NCBI GenBank assembly: GCA_032718475.1
Contig: JAUCBJ010006658.1
Span: 21,738-85,737, forward strand
Source: Nemertoderma westbladi
Lineage: Eukaryota > Animalia > Xenacoelomorpha
Direction of reading: 5' to 3'
Length of the DNA stretch: 64,000 nt
The position numbers were made by a program, and so were the translations under genes. Under the pieces are notes generated by a model that made no database searches, had not been told where the DNA came from, and saw only the letters and a program-made list of their open reading frames with translations. Positions 38,856 through 49,532 of this stretch are shown piece by piece. Position 1 is the stretch's first letter, and every line of letters begins with the position of its first letter.

Positions 38856-40239
38856 GTTTGTTTACACAGTTGAATGCCTACGGCTATAAATACAGTTAAA
38901 GTAAGTCTAGTAATTCAGTATCACTGTTAGCCTAATAATTAATTACCGATACTGCTACTCAGTGTAGCGTGATATATATATAATATATTAGAATACCAGT
39001 ATGCTTATAGTATATATATAAGTATTATTACAGACTAGATTTGTCACAGAGTACCGGTATATAATTTTAGCACAAATATATATAAATATATAATAGGCCT
39101 ATCGTGAATACCGGTATACAGCTGACACTTATAGTATATATAAGTATAATTATTACAGACTAGAATTAATTACAGAATACCGGTATGATTTCAGCCTAAA
39201 TTTATAGAATAAATATAAAAAGCCTATTGTAAATACCGGTATGTCAATTATTTTAAAAATAATTGAATTTCTGAATGTTAGGGGTTACTTGGTTACTTTA
39301 CTAACTCTATTACCGTTATTTAAGCAGCAGTCCAACTGATATTAAGACCTAAGTGTTGTATAACAGGCCTACTATTTTATTAATAGATTTAGTGGATTTA
39401 TATGTACCCGTATGAGGGGTTTTGTTACAATATTGAAATAGCTGTTATTATTTCTGGGAAATAATCACTACACAGAAGCTGTGCGCTCTCAGTGAAGTGC
39501 TACTTATTGGACACTAAAACAAATAATTCTACTTCCTAAGTTACTTATCTACGAATTACTTACGATACGGGTGAGATTAAATCTCTAAATAAACACAAAA
39601 AATTACAAAAAAAACACAAATACGAATTTTTAGGGTAATTTTACAAGAAGTCTACAAACCAGCCTAACAAAGGGTTAGAAATCTGGTTATTACAAACGGA
39701 CAGGATACTACGGTATTTGAAAATAATAAGTAGTAGTAAATACACTGCGTTGTCCAGATAGGAAAATACCACCGCCTGACGACCTATAGCCGTATCGCTA
39801 TAGGTACTACGTTATGTATCACGGAGTGTCCCTACCTAGAAGTTAATTACCGCGGTCTACCAGAACCAACGTGCCTATTAACCACTTTACAACACAAATA
39901 TACTGCCTACACACTAATTACCTTCGGAAAGCACTGTACACTAAACCCTAAATTAGGTACAAATACTGGTACAACAAATAATCAGTAGTTAAAAATACTT
40001 GAACAGCTAAAAGAACCACGGCATCTGCTGGAGCGACCGGAGCACAAAGTCACCAGTCTTTACCTACGCCAAGCAGCCCGTGTAGTACCGGGGTTAATTT
40101 AACTATAGCGGTATATATAACAAGCACAATTACTGTAGGAATAAACTTGGGGACATGAATGTTGCGAATAATCGCATAAACTCTGAATAATAAATATTAC
40201 GCTACCCGTACAGAATACTCAAACAAAATACAAACCAAA

Positions 40240-40752
40240 CGCTGGCAGACTACCACCAAGCCTAAATAAACTACAGTATGTGCAGATTCTGAAATGGTTA
40301 GTTAGTATGCGTTCTAACACGGTAGTACGACTTATTCTTTAGGAGGGGGTTGACCTTACACTCAAGTTGCCCCAACTTACTAACTGGCACTTTATCAGAC
40401 AAACTCTACACACGCAGCAATCTCTTCAGACCTAATAACAGCCAGACAACAATCCAGCCTACAAAATATCTGAGTAATAACTATTACGGTACCTGAACAG
40501 ACCACACAAACAAACACAGACTAAAAAGCTGGCAGACTACTATCAAGCCTAAATAAACTACAGTATATGCAGATTCCAAAACAGTTAGTTAGTATGCGTT
40601 CTAACACGGTAGTACGACTTATTCTTTAAGAGGGGGTTGACCTTACAACTTAAAATGCCCCAACTTACTAACTGGCACTTTATTGGACAGACTCTACATA
40701 CGCCGCAATCTCTCCAGACTCAACAAAAGTCAGACAGCAATCCAGCCTACAA
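40240..40752. repeat. ~220-bp direct repeat pair in the element 1 leader
   Basis: 40240-40462 is similar to 40528-40752 (GCTGGCAGACTAC...AATCCAGCCTACAA). Confidence 0.75.
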
Positions 40753-41114
40753 TTATCTGAACAATCTGAGCAGACTCACACGTCTTCAGCTCAATATTAA
40801 CTTACATGTAAATAAAACCGACAGAAATAAGTAAGCTCCAAAAGAAACAAGGGGTGTACAGTCCCTAATCTCTTAAACAGCCTACCGGTATGCAATAATC
40901 AAAATCGAATAATACTAATGTACTTATACTGGAAGTACCGGTTAGGACAGTTGGGCCTACGGACCTACAGAAGTACCGGTTCTGGCAGTTGGACCTACGG
41001 ACCTACAGCAGTACCGGTTCTGGCAGTTGGGCCTACTGACCTACAGAAGTACCGGTTCAGGTTTACCGGTCGACCGGTACTTTCAACTTTATTGCTTACT
41101 GCAATAAAGAAGCA

Positions 41115-41125
41115 ATAACTGTTAT
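41115..41125 (-). promoter_or_regulatory. Non-tRNA primer-binding site candidate of element 1 (ATAACAGTTAT)
   Basis: Directly follows the LTR CA. 11/11 complementary to the LTR site at 30929-30939 and 10/11 to the site at 41864-41874. Confidence 0.65.
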
Positions 41126-42315
41126 TGTACGCGCTTTTGAAGACCTTTAGCAGTTTAACCTGCCAAAATTTATATGTCTTTGGTTTATGTTCAGACTTTA
41201 GAAGATGACAGATATTTAATGCCAATAAACACAACATTAGCCGAAGCCAGCCTAGTGCGCGTCCATTCACCCGCTGGATATTCCCGGGAGACTGGGTTCG
41301 GATGGGGCTTAGTTTTTGTTATTGCAGTGAAGCCTACTGTATTATTCGATTGATCGTTAATAAATAATTCCTGACAAATATTATTCACTTTCGGGAAATA
41401 TTAACAGTTCCTTTAGGACGTGGCGCTCTACCTAAGTAAACAGAGTTATGACTTATACTACACGCAACGGTAAGGCTTATAATTCACGTATAAGACGCAT
41501 TCTTTAGGAAATGCTTTGTTATCGGTCACAATCATGCACACTACCGGTACCGCACAATACTGCACACTAATCTGCCGACCGTCAATGAATTTGATCACAC
41601 ATAAAGAGAACAGCAATTGACCTATGTAGTGTCTATCAAATAGCATTAGGTTCACTACAAACCACGATAACATAAGTCGCAATTGTTATATATAGCCTGT
41701 CTCTCTAACCTGTAGTGTATCAAGAAAATTGGGAAATTTGGGTTCTTTATAGATGTTCTCCAAATAATAATATTCAACCAACTGATAAACACAACAGTAA
41801 ATAGCATTAAGACGGTAGGTTAAGATATAATATGATTAGACTGTATGCTGATTGGGTCGGTTGATAACATTTATACGTTCTATAATCTAAGCCTACTAAT
41901 GTTTTACTAAAAGTCTGAAACAAGTCATTCCAAAAGCCGATGTTCTGGCGTAGGAGGAATAACAACACACCTCTGTCCCTGTATCTTTTACACAGAGAGG
42001 AATAGCTCTCATTGGCAGAACACCAGAATCCACAGGTTCCACGAATGTCTAAATGCCGAACTATCAGGATTTTGGCATCCCTTGGCCAACACACAAAATG
42101 AGTCACTCCGCTCGGTTGTCCTGGTTGCATACTCTGCTGCTATAGCTCTGGTTGGCCGATAGAACATAGCAAAGATCCCCTCGTACAGCAAATCAGCCAA
42201 TCAGCCGGTCGCTTGTATCATTCGAGTTAGTGAGCCTTTTAGAGTATTCCAGCGCCTGGGGGGAAACTGGATTGCAAAGCAAAAGGGCCAGTTATATCCC
42301 ACAGAAGCTTTTACA
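41126..42315 (-). repeat. 5' LTR of element 1
   Basis: Upstream of gag on the minus strand. Differs from the 3' LTR by about six substitutions and two small indels (counted by eye). Confidence 0.93.
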
Positions 42316-42846
42316 AAACTCAAAGCGGGAATTAAGACAAAATCTCATACAGTTACTATAGTTTATGGGCGGGGTAGCCAATACCTTGTCATATCATACT
42401 TATATCATATCATTCAGGCTTGCTTACCTGAGTGACCGTGGCCTATTTGTTTCGATTTACATACACCTCTGTTGCAGTTTAACTTAACGCTGCTATTCAG
42501 GCATTGCCTTCAACTAATATTCAATGTCCTTATTGGTTGTACGGTACCGTAGCAGTAGAAGCATTTTATTATTAATTGAATCCCGGTTGGCTATTATTCA
42601 AAGACTTGGGGTCATTCCTCCCTCCAGACATATAATTACTTTGTATTGCGATGTCAATAACAATACTCTTGTGTCTCCATATTAATATAAAATGCTTTCA
42701 ACCAACCGGCTTTGTATTATATTCATTCGGTTTGGTTTAACCTTGACTTTCTAGTAAGTTATTATTTAGTGTTTAGTTTTGTATTCCAGTATTATTATAG
42801 TTTGTTTATTCATAGGCCTAAATACATATTATCTGCTTTATTATAG

Positions 42847-43770
42847 AGACGTCGCATTATCCATAATTAATGGCCGTTCGCTATCGAATATATTAAAGTG
42901 TTTCGGGACCAGGGACGATTACAAGAAAGGTAATTTATTTATTATAATCCCCTATATAATTACTATGTAGCTAGTATACTTACTATAAAAAGGCTTAACT
43001 TATTAATTAACTTATTATTTAAATTAATTTACTCAGGTTTACTCAAGAGGAACCACTGATACCGGTACAATGCGACCACAGCTCGGCGGAGAATATCCGA
43101 TCGTTGTTAATAATGGCTACCCCGCTGTCGGTCAGATGTTGTCGAACAGAGGGGAACGTTTCTGGGAGTCGGACCCGGGATATTTTGAGGCCGTTAACAA
43201 CGTGGGTCTAACGGCTCATTACGTTAGCTCTGTGTTCGCGGCGAGGTTAATGGTACCGCGCCGGTCTGGCCTCATTCTAACTATAAGTTCTCCTGGTGGA
43301 CTCTGGTATTTTTTTAACGTTCCTTACGGGGTTGGGAAGGCCGCTTGCGATAGGTTAGCTGAGGATTGCGCTGTTGAGTTGAAGCGACACAATGTGCTAG
43401 CATATCTCTATGGCCTGGGCCTGTGGTAACAGAGAGTATAGGAGAACATTTAGATAAACTAAGTCCTGACGATAAGCAGTTTAAGGCATTAAGTCGTCTC
43501 TTCCGTGATTCAGAGTCGGTAGAATATGTTGGGAATTCGGTTTGCGCCTTGGCTGCGAATAACAACGTTTTGAAACTCAGCGGGAAGATATTATTGACAT
43601 CAGATATCGGTAGTTTGTATAAGTTTACCGATGGTGGAGTTAAACCCAGGAGTTTACGTTCGGTGAGCAGTTTGTTAGGAGTAGCCGGCTACAGGAAACT
43701 GGCGGCTTACATCCCTCCATCGATTAAAGTTCCCTGGCCTCTGTTCAAACTTGCTGCCAAGCTTAAATAA
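42847..43770 (+). pseudogene. DHRS1: DHRS1-like short-chain dehydrogenase/reductase pseudogene
   Basis: IPVQCDHS, VNNGY, FWE, NNVGL..HY, ISSPGG, YGVGK (YxxxK) and SLWPG.V.TE match DHRS1. Deletion near 43103, frameshift near 43395, probable GT-AG intron 42930-43036. No TGxxxGxG start found. Confidence 0.85.
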
Positions 43771-43859
43771 TATTGAAATAACAATGAATTAATATAGTTG
43801 ATTTGTGATTTGACATAATATTTTATTGTTATTTGTTAATGAACAAGCCAATACATATA

Positions 43860-45873
43860 TAATGCATTTACACTACGACCCTTCTCCAGTGATCACCGCC
43901 TTATTGTGGTCAAGGTAAGACTTAGTCTGCGTGCTAGCAGAACAACGAAATCTGCCTTGCCGCGGCATGACTGGTCCTCCCTGTTGCAACAGCCAAGTGT
44001 GATATCCAGTTTCACACTACAGCTGAGCAACAGGTATGAGGCTCTTGCCTCTGAGGCGGCAGATCACTGTGAGGGCTATACTGCCTTCACAGAGGCAGTT
44101 AAGTTAGCAGCTGCAGAAACACTTCCTGTATACCCTCGAAACAGGAAACTGGCCCCCTGGACTGACAAAAAAATTCAGAAGTGCCGAAATGACCTCTACA
44201 AGGCGCAGAAAGAGTCCCGACTCAAACAGACTACAGCGGCCAAGAATGCAGTTAAGGCTGCATTTAGGTCCCTGAACAGGCAGTACTCTGTTAATTTACA
44301 GGAGCTAATAAACCAACAGGTTGATGCCATAAATGATGCTGACAACAGCAGGCAATCATCCCAGGCATGGAGATCGATCAACTTGCTTGCTGGTCGAAAA
44401 AGCCAACCAACCACCAAGGTTAAGGCTGAATCACCAGCCGATCGCCTCAATGGTTGGAAGGCCCACTTTAAAAAGCTCCTCAATAATGACAGGGTATTGT
44501 ATGATAACTTTATAGAAGTAAAAGTGTCTGAGTCTGTACTCCCAGATATTCCCATTGGTAATATCTCCTTGGCAGAAGTGAAGGCTGCTGCAAAGAGCAT
44601 TAAGACCAATCGTGCCAGTGGAGTAGATGGTGTTCCCCCTGAGGTCTTTAAAATACCTGAGTGTTTAAAGCTCATCTATCCCATCATAGTAGACATGTAC
44701 CGAACAACAAGAGTCCCACAAGAAATGAAAACAAATAAGTTGGTGCCAGTTCCCAAGAAGGGCAACCTAAAAGTCTATGGTTCTTTTCGGGGAATCTCAT
44801 TGATCTCGATTGCTGCAAAGCTATACAATAAAATTATATTAAATCATATCAGGGATCCCATTGAGAGACTGCTCCGTGGAAATCAGAATGGCTTCCGTAA
44901 AGGTCGTGGGACCATAGAGCCCATTTTGGCACTTAGAAGGATAATTGAAGAGTTATCAAAAAAGAAAGACAGGCATCTGGCTGTTATCTTTGTTGACTTC
45001 TTCAAGAAGTCAACAAAGAAGACCTCCGGCTCCAGAAGTCGAGGAAATCCGCCAAGTACCTAACTGATCTAGACTTTGCTGATGACTTATGAGTACTCTC
45101 AAAATCACTAGAGGGAGCCCAACGGCTCCTCAGCTCATTAGAACATGCTGCTTCTAGTGTTGGTCTTTTTATTAACTCCAGAAAGACCAAAATTTTGACA
45201 GTTAACTTTGAAAGTCCTCAGCAAGTCTCTGATCGGATGAGCATAAGCTCAAAGGATGGTATGCTTGAGTATGTGGATGACTTCTGTTACCTGGGATCAT
45301 GGATCAGGAAGTCAGGTGAGGACCTTCGAATACGTAAGGGAAAGGCATGGGCAGCCTTGAATAGGCTTTCCAGGATTTGGAAGTCACCGAGAATTAATCG
45401 GATACTTAAGGTCCGATTATTTAGAGCAGCAGTAGTTCCAGTACTCCTCTATGGGAGTCCAAATCTCTGGATGGCACATTCACAAGAATGCTACGCCGGG
45501 TTCATTGTGTCAAGTACAATGCACACATCTCCAACCAGACACTATATAACATTGGAGGTGTTTCATTGGTTCCCCCAAGCTTGACACTAGAACAAAATCG
45601 CCTCCGCTTTGCAGGACATTGCTTTCGCCGTGAGGACCAGCCAGTGCATAATCTTGTACTTTGGCAGCCTCATGGAGTGAATAAGCATGGTGGACAGCCC
45701 ATGACTTTCTTGAGACGCATCTTAAAGGACACTGGCCTTGAAGATGCGGACGATTTAGCAAATGTCATGGGTGATAGGGAGTTGTGGCGGTGCAATTTTG
45801 TCGATAAGCCGGCACAGCATTCTTAAAAATGCAGCTGCAATGCAGCATGCCGATCCTAGTAGTAGTAGTAGTA
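43860..45873 (+). mobile_element. RTE LINE A, 3' part (RT, internally deleted)
   Basis: NAFTLRPFSSDHR continues the endonuclease from 18858. Then PKKG, QNGFR, FVDF, a deletion, DFADD, FCYLGS and FAGHC, an (AGT)n tail and right TSD GAGGGAGACTT at 45874-45884. Confidence 0.9.
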
Positions 45874-46168
45874 GAGGGAGACTTGACTTTAGGGGAGACT
45901 TGATTTTTTTAATAACTCAAAACTATTGTAAATTATTTAACAATACCACACAAAAATGTGTAAAATACATGTTGGCTACACCCGCGCAACAATGTTTTAT
46001 TCCCTTTTGGTTATTTTTTGTTTTATTGTTAATAAACGTTTTCTGGGTTCAAAAGTAAATTTTTGCCCTTTACAACGAATGAAAAATCGCATCCTTATTA
46101 TACTGTATGTTAATTGTAATTCACAACATGTGTTGACTAATTATTGCACTATCATGCCATATATTGTT

Positions 46169-47784
46169 GGCAGTGATTTTTTATGTCAATTTATTTGACT
46201 TTTTTTGTCACTTTTTTTTTACGAATTATGCATAATGACTTTTGTTGTCCATTTAATGACTTTTTATGTATGTATTTCTTCAAACTGTCAGACTGCTGAT
46301 TTCTGGACTGTCAGACAGTTGATTTCACTATGCCTGTGCCAAAACATTCCATGATTCCATGATTTATAGACTATGAGATAGATTTCCATATGCGCCTGTG
46401 GTAAAAAGACTCTATATTTAATAGTTTGTGGTTGTTGTCGATAATCGATTACCACATGACGTAGCAAAACACTCATTTTATAGCCAAAAACAATTACCAA
46501 TTGATGGAAAGGAGCAGGTTAAGGCCGAGTTTTCTAACCAAAACAATAAACAGTCACTTTACCAAATCAGGGAAAGGAGCAGGTTACAGAGACGGGATTT
46601 TCTAACCAAAACAATAAACGATCATTTAACTAATTGAGGGAAAGGAGCAGGTTACAGAGACGGGATTTTCTAACCAAAACAATAAACGATAACATTACCA
46701 ATTGAGAGAAATGAGCAGGTTACAGAGGCGGGATTTTCTAACCAAAACAATAAACGATAACATTACCAATTGAGGGAAAGGAGCAGGTTACAGAGGCGGG
46801 ATTTCCTAACCAAAACAATAAACGATCACTTAAACTAATTGAGGGAAAGGAGCAGGTTACAGATGCGGGATTTTCTAACCAAAACAATAAACAGTCACTT
46901 TACCAAATCAGGGAAAGGAGCAGGTTACAGAGACGGGATTTTCTAACCAAAACAATAAACGATCATTTAACTAATTGAGGGAAAGGAGCAGGTTACAGAG
47001 ACGGGATTTTCTAACCAAAACAATAAACGATAACATTACCAATTGAGAGAAAGGAGCAGGTTACAGAGGCGGGATTTTCTAACCAAAACAATAAACGATA
47101 ACATTACCAATTGAGGGAAAGGAGCAGGTTACAGAGGCGGGATTATCTAACCAAAACAATAAACGATCATTTAGCTAATTGAGGGAAAGGGGCAGGTTAC
47201 AGAGGCGGGCCTTTCTAACCAAAACAATAAAACAATAAACGGTCACTTTACCAATTCAGGGAAAGGAGCAGATTACAGAGGCGGGATTTTCTAACGTCTG
47301 GGAAACGTCTGAGAATGTACGAATCCGTATAATACCCTTTATTGGACGAACCTCTTGGCCGTCCGATCCTTTGGGCTAAAAACGGGTCGTTGTTTTCGCT
47401 ATCATTGTGACTACCGGTATCAAACGGTAACGGGGTATAACATGTATAAGTAGTTTTTTAGAGTACGGATGAGTTTATGAACTGATCTGTGCTGTTGGAA
47501 GTAGTGGTGCCGCTATCCGTAACACTACTCAGACAGTAGTCATGATCCATTATTGATTATAACACTATTACAGTAATAGGCCTAAATTATGTAAAAGATA
47601 TATCCACATTTTCCACAATCCTGCAATCCAGTTTCGCCTATCAATTATTTAAAATTTATTAGCACAACCGGTAGGCCTACCATTACCGTATTTAAATGGT
47701 AGGCTACACAGTTGTAGGGCCGACATAAAAAATAAAAAAAAATTGACAAAAAAAGGATAAAAATGGACAATAAAAATTATTGCG
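46169..47784. mobile_element. MULE/Mutator-like non-autonomous element
   Basis: 9-bp TSD TATATTGTT (46160-46168 and 47785-47793), empty site at about 5320-5328, imperfect AT-rich TIRs. Confidence 0.75.
46495..47295. repeat. ~56-bp tandem array inside the MULE-like element
   Basis: About 14 copies of GGGAAAGGAGCAGGTTACAGAG.CGGGATTTTCTAACCAAAACAATAAAC. Confidence 0.92.
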
Positions 47785-49532
47785 TATATTGTTTTCCAGT
47801 TTTGGTTCAGCCGTTTTGAAATTATATCAATTAATATAAAAAAAATCCCAAGTGGGGAGACATGACGCCCGAGTGTGAGGGAGACTTGAAGCCTTCAATG
47901 CTGACGTCTACCTAGAGATACACCCACGTAGAGAACCATTACACCAGAGCACTCCAACTAATTGATTGGCACTTACACAGACCAAGCTATCAATGGAATG
48001 TGAATACAATAATGGAGTGGCCAGAGAGAGGGAGAGAGAGGCCTTGATAAACCCAGCCAAACCAAGCCAAACCAAGCCAATCAACTCTTCCTTCCCTCTT
48101 TGCAATGTAGTTAGTAGCCTGCCAACCGGGTGATTGACAGCTTAAACAAGATGCCACTTCGTCAGAAAGCGGCACACTTCAATAGAATAACAGGAAAACA
48201 ATTAATATGTGCTTGGATTGAAAACTATACAAGATATTCATTAATAAAAAGTACCTTCCCGCGTTAAATTTTAATGCGATTTTAATGAACTATTATTTAT
48301 TCAGTTCTTGTTGGGAGAACCATGTGAACGACCACCTAAATTTGTATACAATTTTGGATAATAATTTAACAATTTAACAATCGCATTTTTTGAAATTTTT
48401 TTGCTCTACTAGAAAATAGACTTCTTCTGCATTTTTGAACGAATTTACAAGTATGCGAGGTGGGGTTCAAGTCTACCACCCTAGGTGTCAAGCCTTGACG
48501 CTGACGCTGTTTCGAAAATACTAATAATTGGTTTAATTAAAAAAGTTTAAGAGTTGAAAATCTCAAACTCTCGCATAATGATACAGTATCAATCATAAAT
48601 GTAATGTGAAAAAGTTAAAAAAAATTTATTTATCTGTTCTTTAGAGCGATTATAACTTTTGGGGATCAAGTGTCCTTCACTCACCCTCCAGGTCCCGTAG
48701 TTTACTTTATCAATGTGGGGATTTATCATTACTGGCCCCAAAATATATTTTTGTGCCACTCAAAGCGCATTTTGCGTCAAGGGCTATTTCTCCACCAATA
48801 CTTGTTGAAATTTTGAATATAGGGTCAGAAGAACCTTGCTTCCAATTCTTCTGAACAAATTTTGCCTCAAATGCTCAGGAGCCTTTTTAGAACAAAAAGG
48901 CCCCAAAAAAGGAATTTTTGGTATAAAAAGGCTCCAGGGCATTTTCAACCAAATTTGTTCGGAGGAGAAGGGTAATCTTAACAAGTTAGTTCTGTTTTAA
49001 AGTTTAGTTATTTCAAAAATAGGGGGGTGCTACCTACCCCCCCCCCCCCCTCCCCTCCTACTAAAACATCTTTATCATAAACATCAACTCAACACCGTAC
49101 CTGCGCACAATTCGCTAAAACTATTTCATACGACTCCGTCATTACCCTATTAATTAGACGAGACCATTTAGACGAGACTTTAATTGCGAGACCATTTATA
49201 GACAAAAAATTGAGAAAAACAATTAAACGATGAAAAATTTAGCGTGGGAATAAGTGGGAATCGTTTGAAAGGGGTGAGGGGGTATCTGACTCGACAATCC
49301 TACTAATTTATAAGTTTCACTTTGGTTCATTGATTGATTTGGTTTATGTTGCATTACAATCAGCATCCCTGAACGCATAATAACCTGAAAATCAATGTAT
49401 TTGAACCACTTTCCATTTGTTTTATTTTATATTTTTTTCACTCTAAAAGAAACATCTTTCCAATAATGATCCGAAACAAATATAGTTCAGTACAAATACA
49501 ACAATTGTATTTTGTTACCGGTAACTAGAGAA

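Larger units (their letters stand above)
30191..42315 (-). mobile_element. BEL/Pao LTR retrotransposon 1, non-autonomous (most of pol deleted)
   Basis: Two ~1.19-kb near-identical TG..CA LTRs, 5-bp TSD AAACT (30186-30190 and 42316-42320), gag with DUF1759-like region and three Cys/His knuckles. Confidence 0.95.

Noticed and set aside
19851-43858. Maverick/Polinton, suggested by size and a 6-bp flanking duplication
   Set aside because: No TIRs, and no polB, capsid, ATPase or integrase ORFs seen.
46495-47295. Regular repeats with short variable parts resembling a CRISPR array
   Set aside because: The variable parts are related variants of one monomer, not unique spacers. No cas genes, and the context is eukaryotic.
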